Virus record (IMG/VR): IMGVR_UViG_3300011008_000010 | Span: 1-64,000 of that record | Strand: one strand, 5' to 3' | DNA from: a virus | Lineage: Duplodnaviria > Caudoviricetes | DNA: 64,000 nt | In this document: piece by piece, positions 38,225-47,457 of the stretch | Position numbering within the stretch: the stretch's first letter is position 1 | Layout: every line of letters begins with the position of its first letter | Position numbers and translations under genes: made by a program | Notes under the pieces: model-generated | The model's input: the letters and a program-made list of their open reading frames with translations, nothing else | Told to the model about the DNA's origin: nothing | Database searches by the model: none

Positions 38225-39595
38225 ATGAGCAAAGAAAATAAGCAAAAAGATAAATACTGGAAAACAGAATTGCCGATTCACATCGAACATCTTGGAGACG
38301 AATATGATCCTTTTATCTCTGCTTTGTTGATTCCGGAAGATCCTGATGATTCGGAACAAAAGGATTTGTCGCTGTCATACAATGAACATTTTAAAGGATT
38401 ACCGTCACCAAAGGTTAATCCCGTTCTTGAAAGAAGGAAACAAAGACAAAAAATTACATTGCAAAGCCAAAAAGAAGACAGGGAAATAGTTAAAAAGTTA
38501 AAAGCTGAGGGTAAACTTTATGAAGATAGAGACAGAATTATGCGTCTTATAAAGGCCACAGACGGAGCATCTCCAACTTTTATAGTTGAACAATCAGAAA
38601 CAGGGAGAGAATTTCTTTGTTGTATTTGTGGAGGAAAACCGATTATTATCCGGGGGAGAAATACTTCTGCCGCAAAAAGAAACAGCGGAGAATCATATAG
38701 TATATATTGTCAAAAATGTCATGTTTCTACCGACTTTCATATGCGTCTGGATTATGCCAGACGAATGTGGAATTCCCATGTAATCTTAGGAGCAATCAAC
38801 AGTGATAAATGGGATGATTATGATAAATATGTTTATGGTTCGGGAAAAGCTACACCGCAGGAAAATGAATATAAGTTAAAGTTAAAAAAAGCCGAACAGT
38901 ATCTGGATACGATGAAATTGTTTTATTCATACGATATGTTATATGCAGAAAAAATAAATGATATGTTAGAAAAAGGAATGGTGTTTAAAAACTATCAGGA
39001 ATTATGTAGTTATCTCGGAGAAATCCCGGAAAGACAAGTAGGAAAAGCACATGGAAGAAATTATTATTTTCACTACAAATGGTGGAAGAGATTTTTTGAT
39101 TTTGAAAAATCGGGACACAAAATTATCATAAAAGAGGTATATGGATCCTATATTCCTTGGAGTGGAGATGAGCAGTATCCAAACAGAGGAAGAAGAATAA
39201 CTACATTCCGGCCAAAACTGATAAATGAGGCTGATGATAGTGGATGGGGCGTAGCAATTAGAGATTATAAACTTTTACCAAATCGAGCCAACACAAGAAA
39301 TATAATAACCACAACCGATATCGCAAAAGCAGCAGAGAATCAAATAAGAATTGAAAAGGAACTGAAAAAAGAAAAGAAAAAGAAAAAAGATATGGTGTTT
39401 GAAGAATATGAAGTCTATGAAGAAGATTGGGATGACATTTACGAAGATGGAGAAAATGATATTGAAAATGATTATGAAATAGATTATGAAACAGACGAAG
39501 AGAACAATCATGAAAATAATCATAGTATCGAAATAGAGACAAATAATTTTGATGATGATGATTTTGATGATGATGAAGATATTGAGGAAGAATAA
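38225..39595 (+). CDS. multidomain protein: Lar-like zinc ribbon, putative DNA-binding domain, acidic tail
   Basis: CICGG...IYCQKC...ARRMWN; FKNYQELCSYLGE; D/E-rich C-terminus. Confidence 0.75.
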   Translation: MSKENKQKDKYWKTELPIHIEHLGDEYDPFISALLIPEDPDDSEQKDLSLSYNEHFKGLPSPKVNPVLERRKQRQKITLQSQKEDREIVKKLKAEGKLYEDRDRIMRLIKATDGASPTFIVEQSETGREFLCCICGGKPIIIRGRNTSAAKRNSGESYSIYCQKCHVSTDFHMRLDYARRMWNSHVILGAINSDKWDDYDKYVYGSGKATPQENEYKLKLKKAEQYLDTMKLFYSYDMLYAEKINDMLEKGMVFKNYQELCSYLGEIPERQVGKAHGRNYYFHYKWWKRFFDFEKSGHKIIIKEVYGSYIPWSGDEQYPNRGRRITTFRPKLINEADDSGWGVAIRDYKLLPNRANTRNIITTTDIAKAAENQIRIEKELKKEKKKKKDMVFEEYEVYEEDWDDIYEDGENDIENDYEIDYETDEENNHENNHSIEIETNNFDDDDFDDDEDIEEE

Positions 39596-39607
39596 AGGAG
39601 AGGTAAT

Positions 39608-40186
39608 ATGACCATCGATATGTCAAAAAAAGAAGGTCTTAAAACCGGAGAATTATTACTTTTGGAAGACATATTGTATTTAAGCAAAAAGTATGTGAGC
39701 AAAGAATCGGAAAATTTTGAAAATGAAACTAATGATTTTTCTGAAAATTTTGAACAGGAAGAAATACCGACAGGAGATCATTATTGCATAAAATCTAAAA
39801 AAGGATTGGCAAAAGATCTGAATGTATCTCTTAAGACTATATATAACTATCTTCTGACTCTTGAAAAATATGGGTTTATTTATCGTGTAAAAAAGTATCC
39901 GAAAAGAATCTATGTCAACATGAAGGATATTTCTAAATATTTAGGAGGTATTGATGAAGATGGTCATGTTTTAGAAGGGGCTAAAAGATTTTCGGTATAT
40001 CTCGATCATATCAGATTGTTAGAAATGGATCTAAGAACATGGAACAGAGAAAAGAATGATTGTATAAAAACAGAAACGCAAAAAGGGACAGAACAAAATT
40101 CTCAAAATACAAAAATAATTGAGAATAAAAACGGGCATATATACTCTGTTTTAGATGAAGATGATTTTAGTTGGGTTAAAAATTAG
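39608..40186 (+). CDS. winged-HTH protein, probable replication initiator
   Basis: GLAKDLNVSLKTIYNYLLTLEKYGFIYR; immediately followed by iterons. Confidence 0.7.
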   Translation: MTIDMSKKEGLKTGELLLLEDILYLSKKYVSKESENFENETNDFSENFEQEEIPTGDHYCIKSKKGLAKDLNVSLKTIYNYLLTLEKYGFIYRVKKYPKRIYVNMKDISKYLGGIDEDGHVLEGAKRFSVYLDHIRLLEMDLRTWNREKNDCIKTETQKGTEQNSQNTKIIENKNGHIYSVLDEDDFSWVKN

Positions 40187-40207
40187 TTAAAGATTAAATG
40201 AAAAATT

Positions 40208-40281
40208 GTAAGTATTTACCGCTTTGTAAATACTTACCGCTTTTTTTGTAAATACTTACAACGTTTTTTGTAAATACTTAC
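40208..40281. repeat. iteron array: GTAAATACTTAC x3 at 22-bp spacing plus one inverted copy
   Basis: Direct copies at 40226, 40248, 40270; inverted copy at 40208. Confidence 0.9.
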
Positions 40282-40391
40282 ACACATAGATATATATAAA
40301 AGATTGTTTCGCCCTCTCCGAGCGGGCGATGGTTGAGAACCATATTTTAATTTTTTTATTTATTTCTTTTGTTTATATATATCTTATTGTT

Positions 40392-40517
40392 TGTAATTTA
40401 AATAATATCTGTAACCTAAACAATAATTATAATTTAAACAATATCTGTAATCTAAATAATACTTGTAACTTAAATAATGTTTGTAACTTAAATGATAATT
40501 GTAATTTAAATGATAAT
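40392..40517. repeat. 7 x 18-bp AT-rich tandem repeat (TGTAAYYTAAAYRATANT)
   Basis: Units start at 40392, 40410, 40428, 40446, 40464, 40482, 40500. Confidence 0.9.
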
Positions 40518-40624
40518 TATATCGCGCGCGCGCGTAATGCGTAAGGAAGGTATATGTCTGATAAAATAAATATGGCTGATAAAATAAAAAATTTTTTTCG
40601 CCCCACATTCTTATAACTTCCCTC

Positions 40625-40653
40625 TTGCAATTCTTTTAAAAGAGATATATAAT
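40625..40653 (+). promoter_or_regulatory. sigmaA promoter
   Basis: TTGCAA-17 nt-TATAAT. Confidence 0.7.
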
Positions 40654-40711
40654 CCAATCAGTGAGGCGAACGTTTTCTTAAATTTGCTTAGGTGGCAAGG
40701 AGAAAAATCTT

Positions 40712-40951
40712 ATGGCAGTAATGAGTCAGGAAGAAATCCAAAGAATTGAAACACAGAAAGAATATGACAAAGGGTTTCTGAGACTTGTTAAAGCTAAATA
40801 CTCCTTGAAGTATAAAGCTCCACAAATTGAAATGATGTCTGCTTCAATCTTGAGAGAACTTGAAAAGATTTACAAGTATCTTGAAGAACAGGATCAGGTT
40901 GAATACCGGAAGGATTTAATTGCAAGATTAAAAGCGGCTGATGAAGAATAA
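40712..40951 (+). CDS. hypothetical protein
   Basis: 79 aa, AAGGAG RBS. Confidence 0.75.
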   Translation: MAVMSQEEIQRIETQKEYDKGFLRLVKAKYSLKYKAPQIEMMSASILRELEKIYKYLEEQDQVEYRKDLIARLKAADEE

Positions 40952-41166
40952 AGAGCGAAGAGTGATGGCTTGATGGTTGATGAATGAAGAGTAGAATTTT
41001 AGAGATAGGTGCTGTGAAGCCGTCAGATGCCCTCAGATCGATTTTAAGAGTGGTTTAGGTAAAAAGTATCGAGGAGATATATAAAATTGATTCTGGGGCA
41101 AATGGTAAGACGAGAAGGGTATATTAATTTTTTAGAGAGAGGCAGAAAGAAGGAATTAGTGTTGCT

Positions 41167-41487
41167 ATGAATAAGACAGAGTTGATTAAAGCGGTATCTG
41201 ATAAAACATATTATTCCCAGGCTCTTGTAAAAGAGATTCTTTATGCCGCACAAGACGTTGTTGTTGAGAATATGGCAGATGGAGAAGAAGTAAGAATTTC
41301 CGGGTTTGGAAAGTTTTGCGTGAAGAGGAGGGCTGCAAGAAAGTATAAAGGATTTGACGGAAAGGTACGTCGAAGAAAAGAAACTTATATCCCTTGTTTT
41401 GTTGCTTGGGAAGGGCTCAAGAAAAAAGTAAAGAGGGCTGGAAACATAAGAGAAAATTTTTGGTCCGGTGCGAAATACAATCGTTAA
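41167..41487 (+). CDS. hup: HU-family DNA-binding protein
   Basis: MNKTELIKAV...GEEVRISGFGKF...P.F.....LK..V. Confidence 0.9.
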   Translation: MNKTELIKAVSDKTYYSQALVKEILYAAQDVVVENMADGEEVRISGFGKFCVKRRAARKYKGFDGKVRRRKETYIPCFVAWEGLKKKVKRAGNIRENFWSGAKYNR

Positions 41488-41891
41488 AGCATTTAATAAG
41501 ATTTTTATGGTGCAGAGGTGAGAGGTGAGGATACAAAAAGCCAATCTGTGCGAAAAGAGGATAGAGAATAGAGAGGTCCTGCTTTAGTGGACGATTCAAA
41601 ATAAAGCGGTGCGTCACGTATGACGAACGTGTGTCCGTATAGCATTCAAGAGAACGGCCTTGCTACCGTGAGGATGCGAAAAACTATCTGTAAGAGATAG
41701 ACCATAGACCGTGATAGCAATAGTCGGTGATTTACAGATGTGTGCCGGAGTTGGGCAAGGATGCCACCTTTAAGGTTTAGCAAGTGCATCGAAGCGGTTT
41801 CAAGGCACATAGAAACAAAAAACGCAATTTTTGTATTTATAGACGCTGATTTGTGGAAAAATCACATCTATAGAAACAGAAATGTAAATAA

Positions 41892-41962
41892 TGGGCGTTA
41901 GTTCAGCAGTAGAACGGAAGTCTTATAAACTTCTAAGAGGTGTGCAACTCACCTACGCCCGA
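41892..41962 (+). tRNA. tRNA-Ile (anticodon UAU)
   Basis: TGGGCGT/ACGCCCG acceptor, GTTC/GAAC D stem, GAAGT-CT TAT AA-ACTTC anticodon arm, AGGTG-TGCAACT-CACCT T arm; no encoded CCA. Confidence 0.8.
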
Positions 41963-42019
41963 TGCGCTCATACTACTACCCTAACTGGTTTTATGAGTTT
42001 CCTTGGATCCGAGGTGGTT

Positions 42020-42090
42020 TGCGTGGTAGCTCAGTTGGCTAGAGAGCACGATATATCGTGAGGTCGCAGGTTCGAGTCCTGCCCATGCTA
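42020..42090 (+). tRNA. tRNA-like gene with collapsed anticodon loop (pseudo-tRNA)
   Basis: TAGCTCAGTTGG D arm, GCAGG-TTCGAGT-CCTGC T arm, but anticodon arm is CACGA-TATA-TCGTG. Confidence 0.7.
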
Positions 42091-42375
42091 TTTAAATATT
42101 TCATGTTTCGTGGCCGTGCGGTACGGTCAGGAGAATGCATAATAAGGGAATTCCTCACACCTTTCTTTTTCCCCGCGTTCCCGCATAATATACCGCAAAT
42201 GTGCGCATCGGTATTTTGGGTGTTATATCACGTAGGCTCGCGATAAGAGCATGGTAAACGCGCACATGGCGAAATCTGTGAAATTCAGAGCTTCGGATGC
42301 TTATTCTCCTCTTTTAAACCGAAACCGTTAAAGCCGGGGTTATGGAAATTTTATAAAGAGATATATAATTCTTCG

Positions 42376-42405
42376 TTGACTTCTTTTTCTTTTTCGTGAT
42401 ATAAT
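42376..42405 (+). promoter_or_regulatory. sigmaA promoter ahead of the structured RNA and RNA polymerase
   Basis: TTGACT-18 nt-(TG)TATAAT. Confidence 0.75.
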
Positions 42406-42411
42406 TTCCAT

Positions 42412-42852
42412 CGGCGATAAGAGGATTCTTACGTTTTAGAGAAATGGATGTCTCTGTTTCAAACGCAGGTTGTAACCAAAGAGGTCGGCCAGGGTCGATT
42501 CGGAGAGAGACAACCGAAATAAACAGCCTGTATGAGCATTGTTGGAAACAATAATGCGGCTGTAGCCCAAAGCAGTTCTGGCAAGTCCGTCCTTGCAGAC
42601 GGTGAGCAAGGTAAGTCCTGTGTGGGAACGCAGGCGCGGGGAGTTTATCCAGTTTACCATAACAAACTGGCATCATACGGAGTAGCACACGGGTATCCGC
42701 TCGGCGTCGTGAAAGAGCGTATGAAAGAATCATTAAACATGTAGCCATAACCAGGAAAATTGTGAAACTTAAAAACGAAACGCGTTGATATCCTAGGGTT
42801 TTTGATCGGGGACGCAATTTAGATGGTTATGAGGAAGAGCGCGTTCTTCCCC
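42412..42852 (+). ncRNA. candidate structured ncRNA or long 5' leader
   Basis: GC-richer than flanks; multiple helices with G-U pairs on + strand and GNRA tetraloops. Confidence 0.55.
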
Positions 42853-43027
42853 CATATTTCAAAAAATATGGAAGCACAGCTTCTTCTTTTGCACATTGAG
42901 AACAAGGAAAAGGTTTCGAGCGAAAGCTTCCTGCACAATCAAGCTTATGCCTGTTGATGTGAGGAGGCTTATTGGTCGTAAGTGGAATAAAAGGATTAAC
43001 AGTCTGTCGTATAAAGAGGTATTGACA

Positions 43028-45757
43028 ATGGCTCTGTCAACACAGTATTTCTCCTATTCCGTATCGACCGGAGACTTCGACACGCCGGAAGAACGGGAAT
43101 TATACAACAAGATGATGTTGAATAAAAGGAGAAATAAGGGATTAGCGGATATAAAGGACCGGATGATCAAAGAAGGTCGTGCGGTACGAGGATTTAAAGG
43201 GAATAAAAAAGACAAAGAAGAACTTAAGCGGGCTGTCATTGAAAAGTACAAGGCAGTTGCAAAAGAACGAAGTTTTTCAAAACGCGCCGCAGAATACAAA
43301 GAAATGTATTCAGAGGCGTTAAAGGCGTGTACAGAAGTAAGATCTCTTTCTCCCGGTTCAATCTGTGAATATAATCAAATTTCTTTGTTTGAATCAATTC
43401 TTTCAAAGACTCTTGGGATTAAACCTAATGAAACAACAATGGATCTGATTACGGTTCAGGTATATTTCTATACAACAATGGAACAACTTATCAAGAGAGG
43501 TTTTACTTTAAACGGTGAAAAATACCAATACTATACTTCTTCTGCTGCTGCGATTCGTTTGAAAAAGGGTATGTTTATTAAGTCTTCAACTTATGAAAAA
43601 CATAAAATGGCTTTGACTTGTGGCATGCCGGTTGAAGAGATTAATAAACGTGCCCAGATTAACGCCACAAAGTTTTTGGCTTATACTGCTCTTCCGTCTT
43701 CTGCCGTTGATATCTGGCCTACGGATTTTGTTGAAGCTTTAAGGATGGGAATGGGTTCTTTTAATATCCGCAGATGCATTGTTGTTCCGGATTATGAAGT
43801 AACGGTCAGAGGCGTTGTCGATCATCTTGACAACGAAACTTATGCAATCACCCGTCAGGAGATGGATGTTGCTTTTGACAGAGTGGACGGATGTGGGATG
43901 GTTTTGCCCAGAGTGAGTGATAAGAATTTTGTTTTTCGTGCGCCTTGGATGAAGGGGCTTCTTTGCAGTTTTGATTTTTTGAGGTTCATTGAAGAGAACT
44001 ACGCTTCTCCGAAGATTGTTGATTATTGGGGAAAAGAATGGGACGTCATAGAGGATGATATTGAAGTTATCTTTACGGACTCTATGCTGAAGCTTGCAAA
44101 ATGTTACAAGAGCTGGGACGAGTATTGTACAAATTTTGAAAAGTATGGTTGTCTTGCCGGTATTGCAAATATGGAAGGTCCGAAACCGTTAAAGGCCAGA
44201 TATAATTATCAGTATCTGCAATCTCTTACTGATATGACAGATGATGAGATTCGGATTTTGACCATGCAGTCTAATACGACGCTTAGAGAGTTGTCGAGCG
44301 ATAAAGAAACGATGCTTCGTGTTCTTGGTGCGACAGATTATAATATGAACCGGACTCCTTGGCAGAACGCGTTGGCTTTGTATCCGGAACTGTTAAAGGA
44401 TGAATATGCAAAGAAAAAATTGAGAGACGCGAAAAACAGTTTGGTTAAGAAATTTAAAAGCGCAAAGCTTGAATCCAGAGGGTTTTTTACTTTTGTCATT
44501 CCGGATCTTTATGCGTTTTGCGAACATTTGTTCCTTGGAGAAGAAACGCCAAAGGGATTATTACATGCGAACCAATGTTCGTGTAGGCTGCTCTCTCACT
44601 CTGACGAATTGGTTGCTATGAGAAGTCCTGCTCTATATAGAGAACAGGTATTGTTAAAAAATATTTACAGAGACGATCCGAGAATACAGGATTATTTTGA
44701 TACGGACGCAATCTATATTTCCAATCATGATATGTTGGCCAGAGTGGTTCAATTAGATTATGATGGAGACAGGCTTATGGTAACTGCCGATCCAACATTT
44801 AGAGAGGTCGTAAAGCGCAATTGGAGAAACGATGATGTGGTTCCTCTGTATTTTGATTTAAAACACGCAGAGGGCGTCGAATTGAATTCTGAAAACATAT
44901 GGATTGCTTTACAGAGGGCATTTCAGGCAAATAAGATTGGAGTTTATGCGAATCTTATTACTAAAGCATGGAACAGCGCAGAGGATTGGCTTAGTATGTC
45001 TTCTGAAGACAGGCAATTAATTTTAGACGTGGTAAAGTATTTGACACTTGAAGAAAATATCAATATTGACAGTGCAAAGTCCGGATATAATATGACCAGA
45101 ACAAGCGAGGTTGATAAAAAAATAAAAGACTGTATCGGAGGCAAGAAGGTTCCGTATTTCTTTAAATATGCAAAAGACAGGGCTGACGAACAGGTTGAGG
45201 AGTGGAATGCCAGCGTTATCAATCGTATCGGATCTGCAATCATTAACCCTCGTATTAAGTTTACGGCTGAAAATCTTGGGAAATTAGATTGGCGTGTGTT
45301 GGTGAGTAATCCGAACATACGTGTAGAAAATGATGTGGTGAACGTATATTCGAATGCGGTTAGAGGGTCTCATATCAGACTAACTCCACCCAAGTCCGAT
45401 TATGGTAACGCCGAAACTAATTATTATGCTGCTATCAAAAATTTACAGGACGAGATCAAAGAAAGTCTTCCGGAATATTCCTGGCAGGACATATGCGATA
45501 TGGTATTCAAGTATTTATATTACATTCGCAAGAATGTTGTTCGAAAAGATTTTGCCTGGGCTGTATTTGGGGACGTAATCGTAGAAAACATCCGAAAGAA
45601 AGTGCCGAAGGAGTCTGTACAGTGCGAGGTTTGCGGTACAAGATTTATTCCACAGACGGCGAGCTCTCATCAAAAGTATTGCGAGCATTGTGCAAGGGAT
45701 GTTCGACGCGCAAAAAACAGGGAATACAAGAGAAAAATGAGGGCTAAACTTTTGTAG
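43028..45757 (+). CDS. yonO: YonO-like single-subunit DNA-dependent RNA polymerase
   Basis: DGCG, FRAPWMKG, NYQYLQSL, RSP, catalytic LDYDGD, C-terminal CEVC..CEHC zinc ribbon; GAGGT RBS at 43028. Confidence 0.9.
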   Translation: MALSTQYFSYSVSTGDFDTPEERELYNKMMLNKRRNKGLADIKDRMIKEGRAVRGFKGNKKDKEELKRAVIEKYKAVAKERSFSKRAAEYKEMYSEALKACTEVRSLSPGSICEYNQISLFESILSKTLGIKPNETTMDLITVQVYFYTTMEQLIKRGFTLNGEKYQYYTSSAAAIRLKKGMFIKSSTYEKHKMALTCGMPVEEINKRAQINATKFLAYTALPSSAVDIWPTDFVEALRMGMGSFNIRRCIVVPDYEVTVRGVVDHLDNETYAITRQEMDVAFDRVDGCGMVLPRVSDKNFVFRAPWMKGLLCSFDFLRFIEENYASPKIVDYWGKEWDVIEDDIEVIFTDSMLKLAKCYKSWDEYCTNFEKYGCLAGIANMEGPKPLKARYNYQYLQSLTDMTDDEIRILTMQSNTTLRELSSDKETMLRVLGATDYNMNRTPWQNALALYPELLKDEYAKKKLRDAKNSLVKKFKSAKLESRGFFTFVIPDLYAFCEHLFLGEETPKGLLHANQCSCRLLSHSDELVAMRSPALYREQVLLKNIYRDDPRIQDYFDTDAIYISNHDMLARVVQLDYDGDRLMVTADPTFREVVKRNWRNDDVVPLYFDLKHAEGVELNSENIWIALQRAFQANKIGVYANLITKAWNSAEDWLSMSSEDRQLILDVVKYLTLEENINIDSAKSGYNMTRTSEVDKKIKDCIGGKKVPYFFKYAKDRADEQVEEWNASVINRIGSAIINPRIKFTAENLGKLDWRVLVSNPNIRVENDVVNVYSNAVRGSHIRLTPPKSDYGNAETNYYAAIKNLQDEIKESLPEYSWQDICDMVFKYLYYIRKNVVRKDFAWAVFGDVIVENIRKKVPKESVQCEVCGTRFIPQTASSHQKYCEHCARDVRRAKNREYKRKMRAKLL

Positions 45758-45987
45758 CTTTAAAGGCGATATATAAATTAGTAGTGTCAGCATTCGACTT
45801 TATGTTCGATTGTCTTAAAATCCCATAAAATCAAGCATTTCTAAATCTTGTATGATAGAGTTTCTAATACACAACATCTTGAAACCCAATAATTTCAATC
45901 ATTTTGAATGTTTTTTATTTTACGCTTTATGGAGACCTTTTTTTGTCTCCGTGGATTAAAAGGTAAAAAGGTTAGAAAGGATCTTCT

Positions 45988-47457
45988 ATGGCGGTATTAA
46001 TCACGGAAGAAGGGGCGAGAAAAACTCGGAAAACAACTACAAGTGAAAAAGATGTTTACCGATGTTTTTATTGCGATAAAAAGCAACACAAAACTGCTTT
46101 TTATAAACACGAGGTTCATTACAACAAGGCAAGTATTACTCCTATTTGCAAAAAATGTGCAAATGAAATTGCTAACAGGGTTGAATATGGCATATCTCAG
46201 GGCATGACTATGGAAAGCATGCTATTCGCACTCAGGCTTATGGATAAACCGTTTATACGTTCGGTATTTGAAGATGCGGATATGGCAGCTAAAGACCCAA
46301 ATATGGACGCACGACATACAAGAACCACTTTTGGAAACTATATGGCAATTTTGGCAAGGACCAGATATGCAAATGGAACGTGGGATGATACGGAAGCTCG
46401 TACAGTCAGAGATCTCGAAGAGGTTAGAGAAGGTTTCAACGCAAATAAAAATCTCCCTCAAGCGGAATTAGATGAAATAACTGCTGAGATGGATATTAAC
46501 AGAGCAGATTGTATTAGATTAATTGGATACGATCCGTTTGCCAATGAGTCTGAAGAAGACAAACCATTGCTTTATGCGCAGATGATTAAGTATCTTGACT
46601 CCTCTCCGGAATCTAACGAAGACGCCATGAAGGTATCTTCTATCATTCAGATTGTAAAAGCATATCATCAGGCAGGTAAAATTGATGACGTTATTTCTAA
46701 AATCACATCCGATCCTGGTAAATTATTGGATAATGCCGGTACGTTAAAAAATCTTCATGCAACACAGAAGACTTTAATGGATACGGCGTTATCTTTAGCT
46801 AAAGATAATGGGATTTCATTTGCTCACAACACAAATAATTCAAAAGGTGCAAATACATTATCCGGCAAATTGAAGAAAATGAAAGAACTTGATCTTAGAG
46901 AGATTGAAGTAAATGGTTTTGATATCGGTACGGCAGCCGGTATCAAGATGGTTTCAGATATTTCCACTGCTTCCATCCTTGATCAGATAAGAATTAATGA
47001 GAATGACATTCCCGAAATGATCGCAGATCAAAGAGTTTTGATTGAAAAATGGGAGCGCGTTGCTTATAAAGCTTCTGAACAAGCCAGGATTCTTTTAAGA
47101 GAAAACCAAGACCTGAAAGAATATTTACGTTCGATTGGAAAAGAAGATGTTGTAAAGAACAGGGCGTTTCTTCTTGATGACGAAGGAGGAGTAAACGATC
47201 CGGATATTTACGAAAACGAATTCCAACAGTCGATGCGTGAAAATGACCAGGGAGATATTTGGACATTAGAAGAAGATGAAAATGCTGAAGAAGTATTGGG
47301 ACAAGACAGGATTGATGTTGAGTTTATTGAGGAAGATGTTGATGAAGACGATGACTTCGAAGTAGACCCGGAAGACATCGATGATCAAAATGAGGAGGGG
47401 CAGGATGCCGGATCCGAAGAAAATATCGGAACAGAAAAGTCCGGTGTTGATTCCTAA
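45988..47457 (+). CDS. zinc-finger protein upstream of TerL, probable terminase small subunit-like
   Basis: CFYC...FY...PICKKC, MDKPFI, acidic tail; position. Confidence 0.6.
   Translation: MAVLITEEGARKTRKTTTSEKDVYRCFYCDKKQHKTAFYKHEVHYNKASITPICKKCANEIANRVEYGISQGMTMESMLFALRLMDKPFIRSVFEDADMAAKDPNMDARHTRTTFGNYMAILARTRYANGTWDDTEARTVRDLEEVREGFNANKNLPQAELDEITAEMDINRADCIRLIGYDPFANESEEDKPLLYAQMIKYLDSSPESNEDAMKVSSIIQIVKAYHQAGKIDDVISKITSDPGKLLDNAGTLKNLHATQKTLMDTALSLAKDNGISFAHNTNNSKGANTLSGKLKKMKELDLREIEVNGFDIGTAAGIKMVSDISTASILDQIRINENDIPEMIADQRVLIEKWERVAYKASEQARILLRENQDLKEYLRSIGKEDVVKNRAFLLDDEGGVNDPDIYENEFQQSMRENDQGDIWTLEEDENAEEVLGQDRIDVEFIEEDVDEDDDFEVDPEDIDDQNEEGQDAGSEENIGTEKSGVDS

Noticed and set aside
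40208-40517. CRISPR array
   Set aside because: Repeats are tandem or have about 10-nt gaps with no unique spacers; no cas genes
40329-40608. ORFs made of CNLNNx repeats
   Set aside because: Translation artefacts of the 18-bp origin repeat
42058-42817. Short ORFs over the RNA cluster
   Set aside because: No convincing RBS; they overlap tRNA-like and structured elements
42896-43027. Longer N-terminus of the RNA polymerase
   Set aside because: TTG start without RBS; ATG 43028 has GAGGT
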